DNA of 64,000 nucleotides, taken from contig OZ025680.1 in NCBI GenBank assembly GCA_964019335.1, positions 62,001 through 126,000 on the forward strand. The letters run 5' to 3'. The DNA is from Diplonema japonicum (Eukaryota > Protista > Euglenozoa: Diplonemea). Shown one piece after another: positions 1-10,609 of the stretch. The translations under genes and the position numbers were made by a program. The stretch's first letter is position 1. Each line of letters starts with the position of its first letter. Under the pieces are notes generated by a model. The model was not told where the DNA came from, made no database searches, and was given only the letters and a program-made list of their open reading frames with translations.

Positions 1-2549
1 TTCTGGGGATGTAGCGACGCATCGCCTGGTGTAGGCAGCGAGGATGGCATTGATGAAGACGGGCGAGATAGGGCACCCCTGGAGGATCCCATTTGTGGTG
101 CGGAACACCTCCCCTACCCCCGCCTGGAAGCGCAGACGTCGGTCGAGGTTGGCGTACATGGATCTTAGTGGTCTTAGGATGTTCTCGGACATGCCCAGTC
201 TCTCCGCCAGGTCGAACGTTAATGTGACAGGGATGGAGTCGAAACACTTCCTGAAGTCCACTGACAGACCATACAGAGGTTCCGCCCCCTGTCGGGCATT
301 TTCCACTTGCGCACACACTTTGAAGAGTAGGTCATCCACACCGTGTTTTGGTCTAAATCCGTGCTGTGTCGGAGTGATCCACCGTTCCTGCCACTCGAGA
401 ATGTCTGGAAGCCTGGCGCACGCCCAAAGGCGGTAGAAGGCACTAGAAACCGTGATCGGGCGATGATCCAGGGGTTCCTCCGACTCAGATTTCGGGATCA
501 TCGTGATCAGGGCAGTCAGGATGGCCTGTGGCCACACGCCGGTCGTCTCGATCCAGTCAAAGAGGAACAAGAAACCATTGAGGAGCTCCGGGGGTAGGTG
601 TGCTAGCTCACTCAGCCTCCATCCGTCTACCCCCGCACAGTGTTGCCGCTGTTTCTTGTGGAGGACCTTTTGCAGTTGAGCAAAGGTGAGTTCCGTGGTG
701 GTCATCGAACAGTGCGGGATATATCCCCCGAAGAATTTCACGAACTCTTCAGTAGCCGGCTCCGGTCTGTCCTTGTACATCTGGAACACAGGACTCCATG
801 CCTCCCTGAACGCGCGGTCGATCTCGCCAAGGTTGGTGCTGAGCCTCCCGTCAGCCGTCCGGACCGCCAGTAGCTCTCTCGACTGTTTGCCCTGCACCAG
901 CCCTGCTATGGTCCGTCGATGCTTCGCAAAGTGGTGCTCCATTTCCCTTTTGTGCTTAGTCCCCCGAGCTAACTTGTTGGCGACGTCCATAGTTCTCTGC
1001 AGTTGGAGCACTTTAACCTGCATCTCCGCAGCGTCCTCGGCCAAATCCACCGACGGCGCCGCGTTCTCAGGAATGACGCGTTGATTCACCGCTCGTCGCA
1101 CCACGTTGTCCCATGCTTTACAGATCTCATGCGGAGGGGCTCCACATAGAGGCTTCAGCCGTCTGATTATAGCCGCACAGCCTACGCGAATATTCTCGAG
1201 CGCAAGATACCTTTTCGAGACGGCACCCATACTGTGCGCTGTAGCAGGCGCCGTAATGCACTTGAGAGTCGGCTCGCCCAGACTCCCTCGCCCAAGGTAG
1301 CTTGGATTAAAGCTTTCCCTTGACGTTCCCAGTAGGTGCCGTTCGCAAATCGAGGAAAGGAACTGGTAGGCGCTGTCCATGTCACCCAGCGCCCTGAAAG
1401 ACGCCAGTGTTTGTAGGAGGTCCGCGGGCGGGGGGCGCCTTTGTCCAGCCGGAGCCGGGGTAATCTGCCTAGGAATGGAAAACCGGTAGGTCGTTTGCTT
1501 GAGCGCTGTGATTCCTAGCCTAAGCCTAAGAGCAAGGTGTGAGGGAACCCCGATGTCGACCGTTTCGCAGTTCTTCAACGTGTGTGCCGCAACTTTGTTG
1601 AGCAGGATGTAGTCCGGCCTGGTCCTCGCTACTGCAGTGACAAAGGTCGGGGGGGTTTCCTCGTCCTTGCGTCCGGCAATAGTTGCGGCTGCGTCCACCC
1701 ACTGGTCCGCAAGTGCTTCAGCTAGTACGGGGGATTCCCCCAATGACGTGTTGAAATCGCCAGTGATCACCACTCCCCCAGCTCACACACGCCGCAAACG
1801 GTTTCATGTAGCAGCTTTTCCCTCTCCAATCTGGCGTTTGCGGTGCCGTCCTTCACCGGACAATATAGCGTGATCACATGCAGCCATGTGTTGGTACCCA
1901 CCGCGATCCTTGCGTGCACCCTCCGCGATGTCGGCATGTCCCCACTGAACACCGTGCTGTCCCGCAGCGCCAGGAGTCGCTTCTTCACCAGGATGCCCAC
2001 CCCTCCTCGTACTGCAACGTCCGGAGCTGCCAGCCCGTGAATCACCTTGCACTCCTGCGGCAATCCCCACAACATTCTATGCGCTTGGAGGAACGAGTCC
2101 GTCTTCGTCTCCAGCTCAACCCTCAGTTGACCCGCCTTCGTGAGGGCTGTTTCCTGCAAACAGGCGATGTCGAAGCACTGCGTCCTTAACCTGTTCTCAT
2201 GGTTCCGGTAGTTCGTCATGTTCGCTGAGAGCAACACCAGTTCATCCGGGTTGGTGGGCCCCGGGTTGGGGTGAATGTCACCATGTGTGAGGAGTCTCCT
2301 CCGAGCTTCGCCGGCAATTGACTTCCTCGGACGTTTGGTAACGGGTCGGTGACCTCGAGGCAACGCCACCGGCCTGCGGCGTGAGCATAACGCACCGTTG
2401 GAGGGTGCGCCAAACCAGTCGGAGGGTATGCAGCGTGGGCTGAGGAGTGAGAGCGCGTCGAGGGTTAGCCCGTCCAGCGTGATCAGAGTGAGAAGTGCAA
2501 AAAGGAAAAGGAGCACGGGCCGGAGTAGGGAGCCTGACCACGAGGATAG
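1..2549 (-). CDS. Retrotransposon ORF2: hydrophobic leader, 2A-like peptide, APE endonuclease, reverse transcriptase (one frameshift near 1775; 3' end outside window)
   Basis: ORF 1767-2516 holds GDIHPNPGP and the N-terminal half of APE. After a shift at the C5 run near 1775 the frame reads VVITGDFN... and appears open to base 1, with RT motifs. Confidence 0.88.
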
Positions 2550-3908
2550 TCAGTTGAACTCATCCTGCGTGACCAGAGCTAGGTCCATCAGCGCCGCCTG
2601 GTCAGCGTCCCTTTTTCGTGAGGGGGAAGCGGATTCAGCGGCCGCCCGTTTAGCATCAGCCTCCGCTTTAGCCTTCGCGAGTGGGGACAGTGGGAATTCG
2701 CCTCCGTGAGCTTAACATGAGACCTTCCCTTGGGGTGGTATGCACGTCCGCAGCGCCGAGGTTTGTCCTCGACAGCCCATTCTCTGATCGAGATGGAGGG
2801 CATGTTGTCCGGTCGGCTGATGATGAGAGTAGGGGGGGGGCTCCTCTGCCCTCGCTAGCCATCTCCCCCCGGGCATCCGGCTGAGCTTTTTTATTTCCCA
2901 CCCCTGCATCCTGCAGTCGTCTGTGATGTCACACGGGTGCTCCCCGTACGCGGCCCCCTCGATCACATACTTCCTCCCCACCTGATCTTCCGGCAGGAAC
3001 ACCGCGCCAAGAGATTGCGTCACCACGTGCCGAGCAGTGCCTGGCGGGAGCATGATCGCCAGACCGATGGGAGTGACTGTGAGGGCAATACGGAAGCTAG
3101 AAGAAGGCCCGGTGAAGGTACGAGGAACATCCACCGGTCGGATCGTTTTCTTGAGCTGGATGACTTCCAACCGTTCCTCGGGGAGGGCGTGTGTCCAGTA
3201 CACGTCGTTGTCACCGCTGTTGCTGAGGAGGCGGCTGGCGTGCAGCCAGTCCACGCGCACCCTTGCTGTTGCTCGCTGCGCCGTCCTCTCAACCCGCCAT
3301 ACGTTGTCCCTCGTGACCTCGTAGGCTTCCTGTTTGTCCCTAGCAGCTAGCATCGCCATCCTGGCCACTGCCTCCCCGTTCGTTGTTCTCGCCCACTGCT
3401 CGTTGGAGCAGAAGTCCTTGGCGACAATCGCCACGAGGACCACTGTCCTGTTCGTGCGCGTCTTGGGCTTGTCCCCGTCGGCCATCGTCGGGTCGTATTG
3501 ATCGCCGGACGTCCATAGGGTCTTGATGCCTCTGCTAGTGGGGGTCGCAACCTCCCTGGCGCCCTCGAACCGGGTTGTTGAGACGACGCGGTGGTCCAGC
3601 TCCATGCTCGCCAACCTCGCCGCTAGGACTTCGGGATCGGGACAGTTGAAGTAGATCCCCTTGAGAAGTGGTTCGGGGACTTCGTTGAAAATGGGCGCGC
3701 CGTTCCAGTGTTTTGCGTCCAGGGAGGTCTTTGGTGGGGGGCCTCTCAGTTTGTCAGCCCACGTGGAGGTCACAGGTCGCTTCTGCTGGTCTGGCTTCCT
3801 GGGTCTGATTGGTTGCCCGACCGTCTGCCACTTCCCGGCCTTCTGGTGCTGCGGTTGTTGCTGCTTGGTGGTCTGCTTCTGTTGCTGTCCCTGCTTCTGT
3901 TGCGGTCC
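2550..3908 (-). CDS. Retrotransposon ORF1 (no start codon, 5'-truncated; probable small frameshifts 2710-2840)
   Basis: Frame is open from GGA at 3908 (GPQQKQGQQQ...) through ORF 2712-3773. The same frame resumes as GGEFPLSPLAKAKAEADAKRAAAE...QDEFN* with TGA at 2552-2550. Confidence 0.7.
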
Positions 3909-4007
3909 CTGAAAAAAAAAAAAAAAAGTGTCCTAAGATCCACGAGGGTACGGCAGGTACAATGGAACTAAAAAAGGTGAGGAAAGCAAAGGAGGCCTTT
4001 TTGTCGT

Positions 4008-4370
4008 TCAACCAAAAGTAACTTCTTGAGTTATTGTAACGTCCAGGACCCCGGGTGGGGACTCATGGTCCAAGAACAGAATCCCCATACGCTCTCTCAG
4101 AGGCAACTCATAATTACTTATCGTCAGAAAATGGTGTCGTGCAAAGACGTTTTTGTACTCAGGTTGGATGAACGCTTCGTTAAACAAATTGAGATATTTG
4201 CAGAACTGGTCTGACTCATTTGCTTCAAGAATAAACATGTTGGACTTCAGGTTAACTTTTAACATCGATAGCTTGTTCCGTATAAGTACAGGTATCTTCT
4301 TCCGTTCGAGTATTCTTTTCACGCTCGCCTCCAACGATTCCTCTGTAACCGGAACCAGGCGGCTCGACAT
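4008..4370 (-). CDS. Hypothetical protein (120 aa)
   Basis: ATG-initiated ORF with ordinary globular composition, on the same strand as all other genes; no recognised motif. Confidence 0.5.
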   Translation of the reverse strand: MSSRLVPVTEESLEASVKRILERKKIPVLIRNKLSMLKVNLKSNMFILEANESDQFCKYLNLFNEAFIQPEYKNVFARHHFLTISNYELPLRERMGILFLDHESPPGVLDVTITQEVTFG

Positions 4371-4597
4371 TCTTTTCCCCCTTTAAGAACTGTCTGATAA
4401 TGTTTTAAAGCCAGTTTTAACCCTTTTGGGTACGGGGGGGGTAAAATAATAATAATGTAATATCGAAAAAAAAAAGAAGAAAAAAACAAAGGGGATTCAA
4501 CGGCTGATTTGACGGACTGGCAGCGGCAGGGGGGGGGGGACGTTTAAAACACTTTTTTTAAAAAAAGAAGAGAGAAAAAAAAATCACTTGGGGCGGC

Positions 4598-6423
4598 TTA
4601 GATGGCCCAGATGTCATCGAAGTTGTGTGGCTTTTCACAGTAAGCACAGCTAAAGGCAGGCGGGTCGACAGACTTCCGGACAAAGTCTGCCATGGCATGT
4701 TCATGGTTCTTTCGGTGGCTGATGCATGTCGCGTTGGTGCAGTCGATTTCCTGTAGTAATTATATTTTATTCCCTTTTATTTTCCCAATTTTTTTTTGAT
4801 TTTTTTTTTTCACCCCTATTAGGAAAGCTATGAAGTAAAATTGGAGGTAAAATAAAACCCACTCTCGTGATTCTACGAAATTCATTATCGTGAATAAAAT
4901 AGTTATTCCCCCCTTCATACTTCAAAGTCGTAAATCCTGGGCGGCATGTGCAGACGGTACTTCGTCACCACCCTGTCCTTCTCGATCACGTTCAAAGTGC
5001 ATTCTGGCGAGATGGCCGACAGCTTTTTCAGCATCGCCTTATCGAAGAAGGACTCCGTGAGTGTTGGGAGCGACACAATGCCCTAGTTGGTTTTGATTCT
5101 TCTTTTTTTTTTCCATCCCCCTGTTGTATCATGTACCTTAACAGCATCCTTCTGCGACCTCGAGGAAAAGACCCCTGCAGTCCCCACCACGTCGGACAGC
5201 TGAAGGATCTTTGTCAGCTTCGCGATGGTCTTCCACACCTTCTTCACGTCTGTCCCCCTGCAGATGTGGTCGAGGACCAGCCCGTTAGAAACAGGTTTGA
5301 TCCCCATCTTCATCTCGCCTTTCGTGATTTCCCGTCTGCTCTCCATGTCCACCTTCTCCACAAAATCCTCAGTCGTCTCTTCCACCTTCTTCCCCTCCCC
5401 CGTAAAGTCCTCCCCCAGGGCTCCTCCGCACATCGACAACTCGATGATACGCGTGAAGTACCCATTCACCGACTGCCCGTCGTACGCGTTGTAAGACGTG
5501 TTGTCCAGGAACAAGGGGACCACGGGGTACTTCTGGTGGCGTGGCAGGGGGTGGTAGAACTTGGAGTCCTTCGGGATCTTGCCGAGGAACTCCTTTCGGA
5601 AGGTCACTGCCCTGCGGAGGTACTCCTCTCTGCCCAGGATCTTGTCACCCATCCTCTCGAGCTGCAGTCTTGTGTAGTACCATATGGACGCGATGTCGTC
5701 CTGCTGCAGGTACTCGTCGATGGAGTTGAACTTCCTGACGATGAAGTTGTTGGCTATCATTCGTTCCTCGTACTCTGCTGGCATAGCGAGCTCTGTTGGT
5801 GCGATGAGGTCGACCTTAACCTTGTGGAAGACGCGCAGCCCATCTGTCTTGGAGTGCACCGTGCGACCGTGGTAAAGGTCACCCGTGAGGACAAGGTGGA
5901 TCTGGGAACGGTCCCAGTTTTTCTGTTCGAGGAATGAGAACTCGTCCAGGAACTCTTGTGTGGGGTGCTCGTGGCGGCCGTCGCCAGCGTTGATGAAAGA
6001 TGCGCGTGGGAGGCCTAGCTTGCCGCAGTACTCACCCACAACCTTGTCCAGCCATGTGCAGGTACCCTCCAGCTTCGACCGCACGACGAAGATAGACTGA
6101 TCGGTCGAGTAGCCACACAGCATCTTGACGGTGTCCGTGATGCTCTCCTTCTTGTTGAATGACGACGTTGCTGCGTCGAAGACGTTCATCTTGCACCCGT
6201 GGAACAGGGCTGCGTTGCGGAACGACTCCTTCGTCCTCGTGCTGTCCTCCATGAAGATCAGGTACACAGCCTTCTCCCCCGCTTGGATTTTGAACTTCTG
6301 CACCCCCTCACCCTTCTTCACCGCTTCTTTTAGCTTCCGCGTTTGGTTATATAAATAATACTGCTCATCGGGAGTCAGGTCGTTCACGACACTCAGACTC
6401 CTCCCTTCGAAGTGCAAAGGCAT
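4598..6423 (-). CDS. pyrBI: Aspartate carbamoyltransferase with fused regulatory chain (PyrBI); exons 6423-5137, 5082-4921, 4750-4598
   Basis: Catalytic motifs EDSTRT, NAGDGRHEHPTQ, GDLYHGRTVHS, YTRLQLER, YHPLPR. PyrI-like GIKPVSNGLVLDHI and C-terminal Zn cysteines (CTNATC...CAYC) are joined in frame by two GT-AG introns (5083-5136, 4751-4920). Confidence 0.92.
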
Positions 6424-6486
6424 CTTGTCCTCTCCCGCACCTGGTTTTCTTTTTTCTTTTTCTTTTCTTACCCTTTCTTTTATTTC

Positions 6487-7040
6487 TTTATTTCACTCTT
6501 CGTCATTTTCTTCACTCACTGGGGCCTCATTATTTAACGCGAAACGGCCATTATTTAACGCGAAATCGCTATTATTTAACTAGTTAAATAATGAGATTTT
6601 GCAGTTAAATAATGGCCCTTCAGAGTGGAAAAATGAGTCTCGCCGTGGAAAAAAATGCACCCAACCCCTTGAAAATCTTTTTTGGGGTGGGGGTATTTTG
6701 ACTATTTTTGGCCATCTGAGGCCATTCCAGCCCTTAAAAAGTGGGAATAAGTGCCTTACTTCCCCTTTAAATGCCACGGCGAAATAGCTACCCTGTATTA
6801 CCTTAGGAAAATCCCAAAAAGCTGACCTGCGTGAAAAAAAAAACAGCAGTGAAAGCAGTGAAGAGTGAGTGACTCAAATGACGAAAAGTGAAATAAAACG
6901 ACTTACTTGCCGCCAAATGAGCCATTATTTAACACTCGTTACCGTTTTTTTTGCACTCGGGCCCTGCGGGCTTTCGTGCAAAAAATTCGGGAACTCGAGT
7001 TAAATAATGACTCATTGTTTGTTGGCAATAAATAGCTATT
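6487..7040. mobile_element. Non-autonomous interspersed element with asymmetric inverted repeat and hairpins (copy 1)
   Basis: Homologous in inverted orientation to 56955-57320. The left terminus TTTATTTCACTCTTCGTCA is inverted-repeated internally at ~6864-6898. Palindrome ATTATTTAACTAGTTAAATAAT; hairpin TTTTTTGCAC...GTGCAAAAAA. Confidence 0.7.
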
Positions 7041-8122
7041 TCTAATGGGCTTTTGTTCCAGAATCTTTCAAAGAAGGCACAAGTACAGTAGGGCACATTC
7101 CCATCGTGTTGCCGTAAAGACTGGAAGGGGATAGCCAGCACCCAGCTAAAAAAAAAAGTAGTTTGACGCCATGCTTGTGCGCTTGAGCAGGGGGGGGTAG
7201 GGGGGTCACATGGTAGTAAAATGGGTTTTTTCAAGTTCGCCAGTGCAGAAACTGGAGCTCCAAGCTTTTCTTTTGAAAACGGTAACGTTCCCCAACATAG
7301 CCCTATGGGGGGTGATATGTTCCCATCAAAGAAACAGCAGCAATAACAATAACAATACCAATAACAATGGGGACTATTGTTCCCCTCACACATCTGACAT
7401 AGCAGGCTGGTTCGAGCCAAGGAAACGAGAAAAGAAGCGGGGGGGGGGGGGGGGGGGGGGGATTTTGCGGGGTAAAATACATTTAAATATGCTGCTCTCT
7501 ACCAATGTGTACCAGGGGCTAGGCTTATGATGTGAATTTCTGAGGCAGAAAAAAAAAATAGGTAAAAAAAAAAAATTTACTTAAGCACTTGCCAAGCACC
7601 CGCCAATACAATCTTTTTTCCACTCCGATCACCAATAAACCTTCATCATCCTTCAACCGTCCATAGCGTAACTCAGTTCTATTCCCACTCTGCAAAATCT
7701 TAAAGAAGTAAGGGGGGGGGGGGGGGGGGTGATAAAGGGATCATTCTGAGACACCCTTCAGCATCCTAAAAGGGAGAAATTAAAAAAAGCAATTCGGTCG
7801 ATTTTCGATTTAGACTCAGAACCACGCTGCCCCATTTCTTGGATCAGTGAGGCACCCCGTGCCCATCCATTAGGTCGGGTGCACGTGTCCTGGGTGGGTG
7901 TGATAAGTACTATATCACGCTAGGCGGTGGGTTGCGTGGGTTCTGAGTCTTATAGTGATAGAGGTCGCGCTCCTTTTTCTTTTCCTCCCCTCAGTTCTCA
8001 GACCGACAAAAAAAATGTTTTTTGAATACCAATAAAACTCATCTTTCACCCCCCCCCCCCCCCCCCTCTTTTTTGTTTCGAGAGAAAAAAAAAACAAAAT
8101 GATAAAACACGAGAAAAAAAAA

Positions 8123-8165
8123 GGTGTCTTTGAAGGGAACCTGCAGTGTGTGACAGGATCGCCTT
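8123..8165. repeat. 43-nt hairpin element, type A (copy 1 of 6)
   Basis: GGTGTCTTTGAAGGGAACCTGCAGTGTGTGACAGGATCGCCTT between A-tracts; one mismatch to 51592-51634. Confidence 0.85.
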
Positions 8166-8325
8166 AAAAAAAAGAAAAAGAGGGAGTTTTTTTTTTTTTT
8201 TTTTTTTACTTGGGCATCCAAAACCTTCTTTCATCTCCCCTCCCCTTTGTTTCTAAATCTAATTGCACACACTGGTGTAGGTGTAGAAGAGAAGGGGGGG
8301 AAAAAATTGGAAAAAGGGAGTGCCG

Positions 8326-9648
8326 CTACATGGTATGCGCGATAAAAGTACTACAATGGGTGCACATCATGTGTAGGAGTTTCTCGTCCTCTTCGCTGAA
8401 AGAGGTGAGCTCCAAGGTGGTCGCCTTCTCCCCGTCTTGGGAAACGTCAAGCGGAGCGAACTTGTTGATGAACTCCACCAACCCAATTACCTTCCCCGTG
8501 TCGTCCTTCACTGGGCCGATGAGGATACTCCTGGACTGATACCCACTGTACTGGTCGCTCAGCCGATTGTCTTTGAACCTCTCGTCCGTGTACACATCAT
8601 TTACATTCAGTACCTTGCCAGTGTTGACAACATGCCATTTGGTCCCATTCTTGCGCAAGGGAACTGTGCATTGTTCCTGTGTGTATGTTATACCCTCCCC
8701 TTCCCCTTTGTTTCCTCGTACCTGTGTGATGTGCTCTGTCATGAACTGACTATACTCAGCGTATGTAATCTCATCAGCGTCGGGAAGCATCTGCGCCACC
8801 CGCTTTGCTTCCCAACCCACTTTGATCAAAACCTTCGCAAGCTGCTCAGTGGCTATGTTAGGCCGGGTGGATGCGTCCTTTTTTTTTTTTTTTTTTTTTT
8901 TTTTCAAATGGGTCGAACCGAATACCTTCCCAGTCGCATATTTAAATGCATCCCCAAGCTCCTCCTGAGTAGGGTACACCCCATGGCGCACCATCGTGAA
9001 CAGTGTGGTCGGCTGTGCGTTGCTGCCCGACGGCTTCTTCGTGATGTCCTCCAGCATGTACAGCGTGCACCTGTCGCAGTTGACCAGTTCCCACCCCTCT
9101 GCTATGATGGCGTCGAAGAGTGTCCGCATCTTCTCTGCCTGTTTCATCCTGTCTGCTTTTTCCAGATCCAAGAAGAGAAGGTTCACCATTCCCAAGCAGC
9201 ACCCCACCATGACCCCCAACGCCGCCCCGAGGGTTCCTACAAGCTTAATTGATCTAAGGTTTCGCTGCGAGTTGGACAGCGGTGGGTACGTGATGCCCAT
9301 CTTCGCGGCAATGGCCTCCACTGTCCCGCCGAACACGACGCCTGCGACGTCGCTGAAGAGCTGTGAAGGCGTGTGGTGTCATCCATGCCATACCTGACCA
9401 AATGCCGCTGCGATTAGTGTAAATTTCAAGTATTGTCCAAAGAAGTTATCGATCAAGTCCCCTGCGTGTATCATAATCGTGTTGTCCATGAGACCAAATC
9501 CAACCATCGGGACCGCGCACGCCAAAAAATGCCTCATCTTCACTTGCTGTGAAGGCTCCACGACCGGTCGCTCCGTGGCCCACCGCCGGCCCTTACCCCT
9601 GAACCGCGAACACTTCCCCACCGCTACCCTCCATCGTCCGACCCACAT
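8326..9648 (-). CDS. TMEM65-family membrane protein fused to a GAF domain (introns 9361-9393, 8878-8925, 8677-8721)
   Basis: AVPMVGFGLMDNTIMIHAGD...AAAFGQ|LFSDVAG...GVMVGCCLGM matches TMEM65. The C-terminal NCDRCTLY...SRSILIGPV...GLVEFINKF...FSEEDE is a GAF with the NKF..DE motif. Arg-rich N-terminus. Confidence 0.82.
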
Positions 9649-10609
9649 GTGAGTGCCGCCGTGAGGGGCACCCCGCCCTCTGTTGTAAGGTGGTTTATCT
9701 CAGTTTATAAGAGTGCGTTATTAAATAAAAGAAGAAATATCTATGAGATACAATCGGGTGGGGAGGTGGAGGGGCAGTCTTGCAATGGACAGAGGGGAGG
9801 AGGAACAGAGGTGTCGTGTTAATGGAAGAAAAAAGTAAAAAAAATTACAAAGGAACGAAAATAAAACTCCTGTAGGGCAGGGAAGGAGTATGCGCCCCTT
9901 TCTTTTCTGTGGATGACATGCGTACTTCTTTTTCTTTCTTTCTTCTTTCTTTTTTTTAGAGCTGCTGCGGGCACCCTTTCCATCTACTCTGACGAAGTCG
10001 TGACACAGCCTCTTTATGTATTTAAGCAGAGACCAGAGAAGGCCCCTGGTATCCAGATGGGGGAGGAGTACAGGGGGTGATGGGGGGAAGGAAAAGAGAA
10101 AAGGAGCCGTAACGATAGAACGATGAACAAGTTGTTTAACACACAACATAATTAAAGGAAAAGGGAGCTTTTACGTCATCTGAAGATATAATATGCCTTT
10201 TCGTGACCTCCCCCAGCCAGTCTCACCGGCATGACGCAAACAAAGAAAAAAAAAATGATGATTTCAAACCTTTTCGGGGGCGGGAAAGGAAATAACATAG
10301 AGCACAAAAAAAAAACTCTAAATATGAAATATGAAATAACCTTCCCCTCCCCATACAAAAAAAAAAACTTTTTGAAATGGTTTTCAGTTTATCATTTTCT
10401 TTTTCTTTATGTCTGCACAATTCTCTATTCATGAAATTCTCCAAAGATCAGGGGGAAGCTCACAGACATGGTTATAAATATCAGATGCCAGCACACGCAG
10501 GAGGAAAAAAAAGGGAAAAGATAAAAAAAAAAAAAAAAAGTAAAGGGCAATACCATACATTTTTCGATTTCTGTTTCGTTACACGGAATATTTAAAATCT
10601 TTCTAAAAT

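Larger units (their letters stand above)
1..3911 (-). mobile_element. Non-LTR (LINE-like, APE+RT) retrotransposon, 5'-truncated, running off the left edge of the window
   Basis: ORF1-like region (3908-2550) is followed by an APE endonuclease (SANMTN, CLQET, RGGVGI, ITLYCP, GDFN, RPDYIL, PSH) and an RT (MIPK, HRPITVSS, QHGFRP, VDFRKCFD, GILQGCPISP). GC-rich. The 5' junction abuts a T16-CAG tract. Confidence 0.93.

Noticed and set aside
1770-2840. Programmed frameshifting in the retrotransposon
   Set aside because: Shifts fall in C5 and G9 runs with no slippery heptamer; decay or sequencing error is simpler.
7581-7689. Possible upstream exon that would splice in frame to the pyrBI acceptor at ~6441
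   Set aside because: No in-frame ATG or recognisable homology; frame agreement has a one-in-three chance.
8123-8165. Hairpin element as H/ACA snoRNA, SECIS, hammerhead or HDV ribozyme
   Set aside because: Too short and lacks the diagnostic boxes or catalytic cores; the AGA/ACA tail is not shared by type B.
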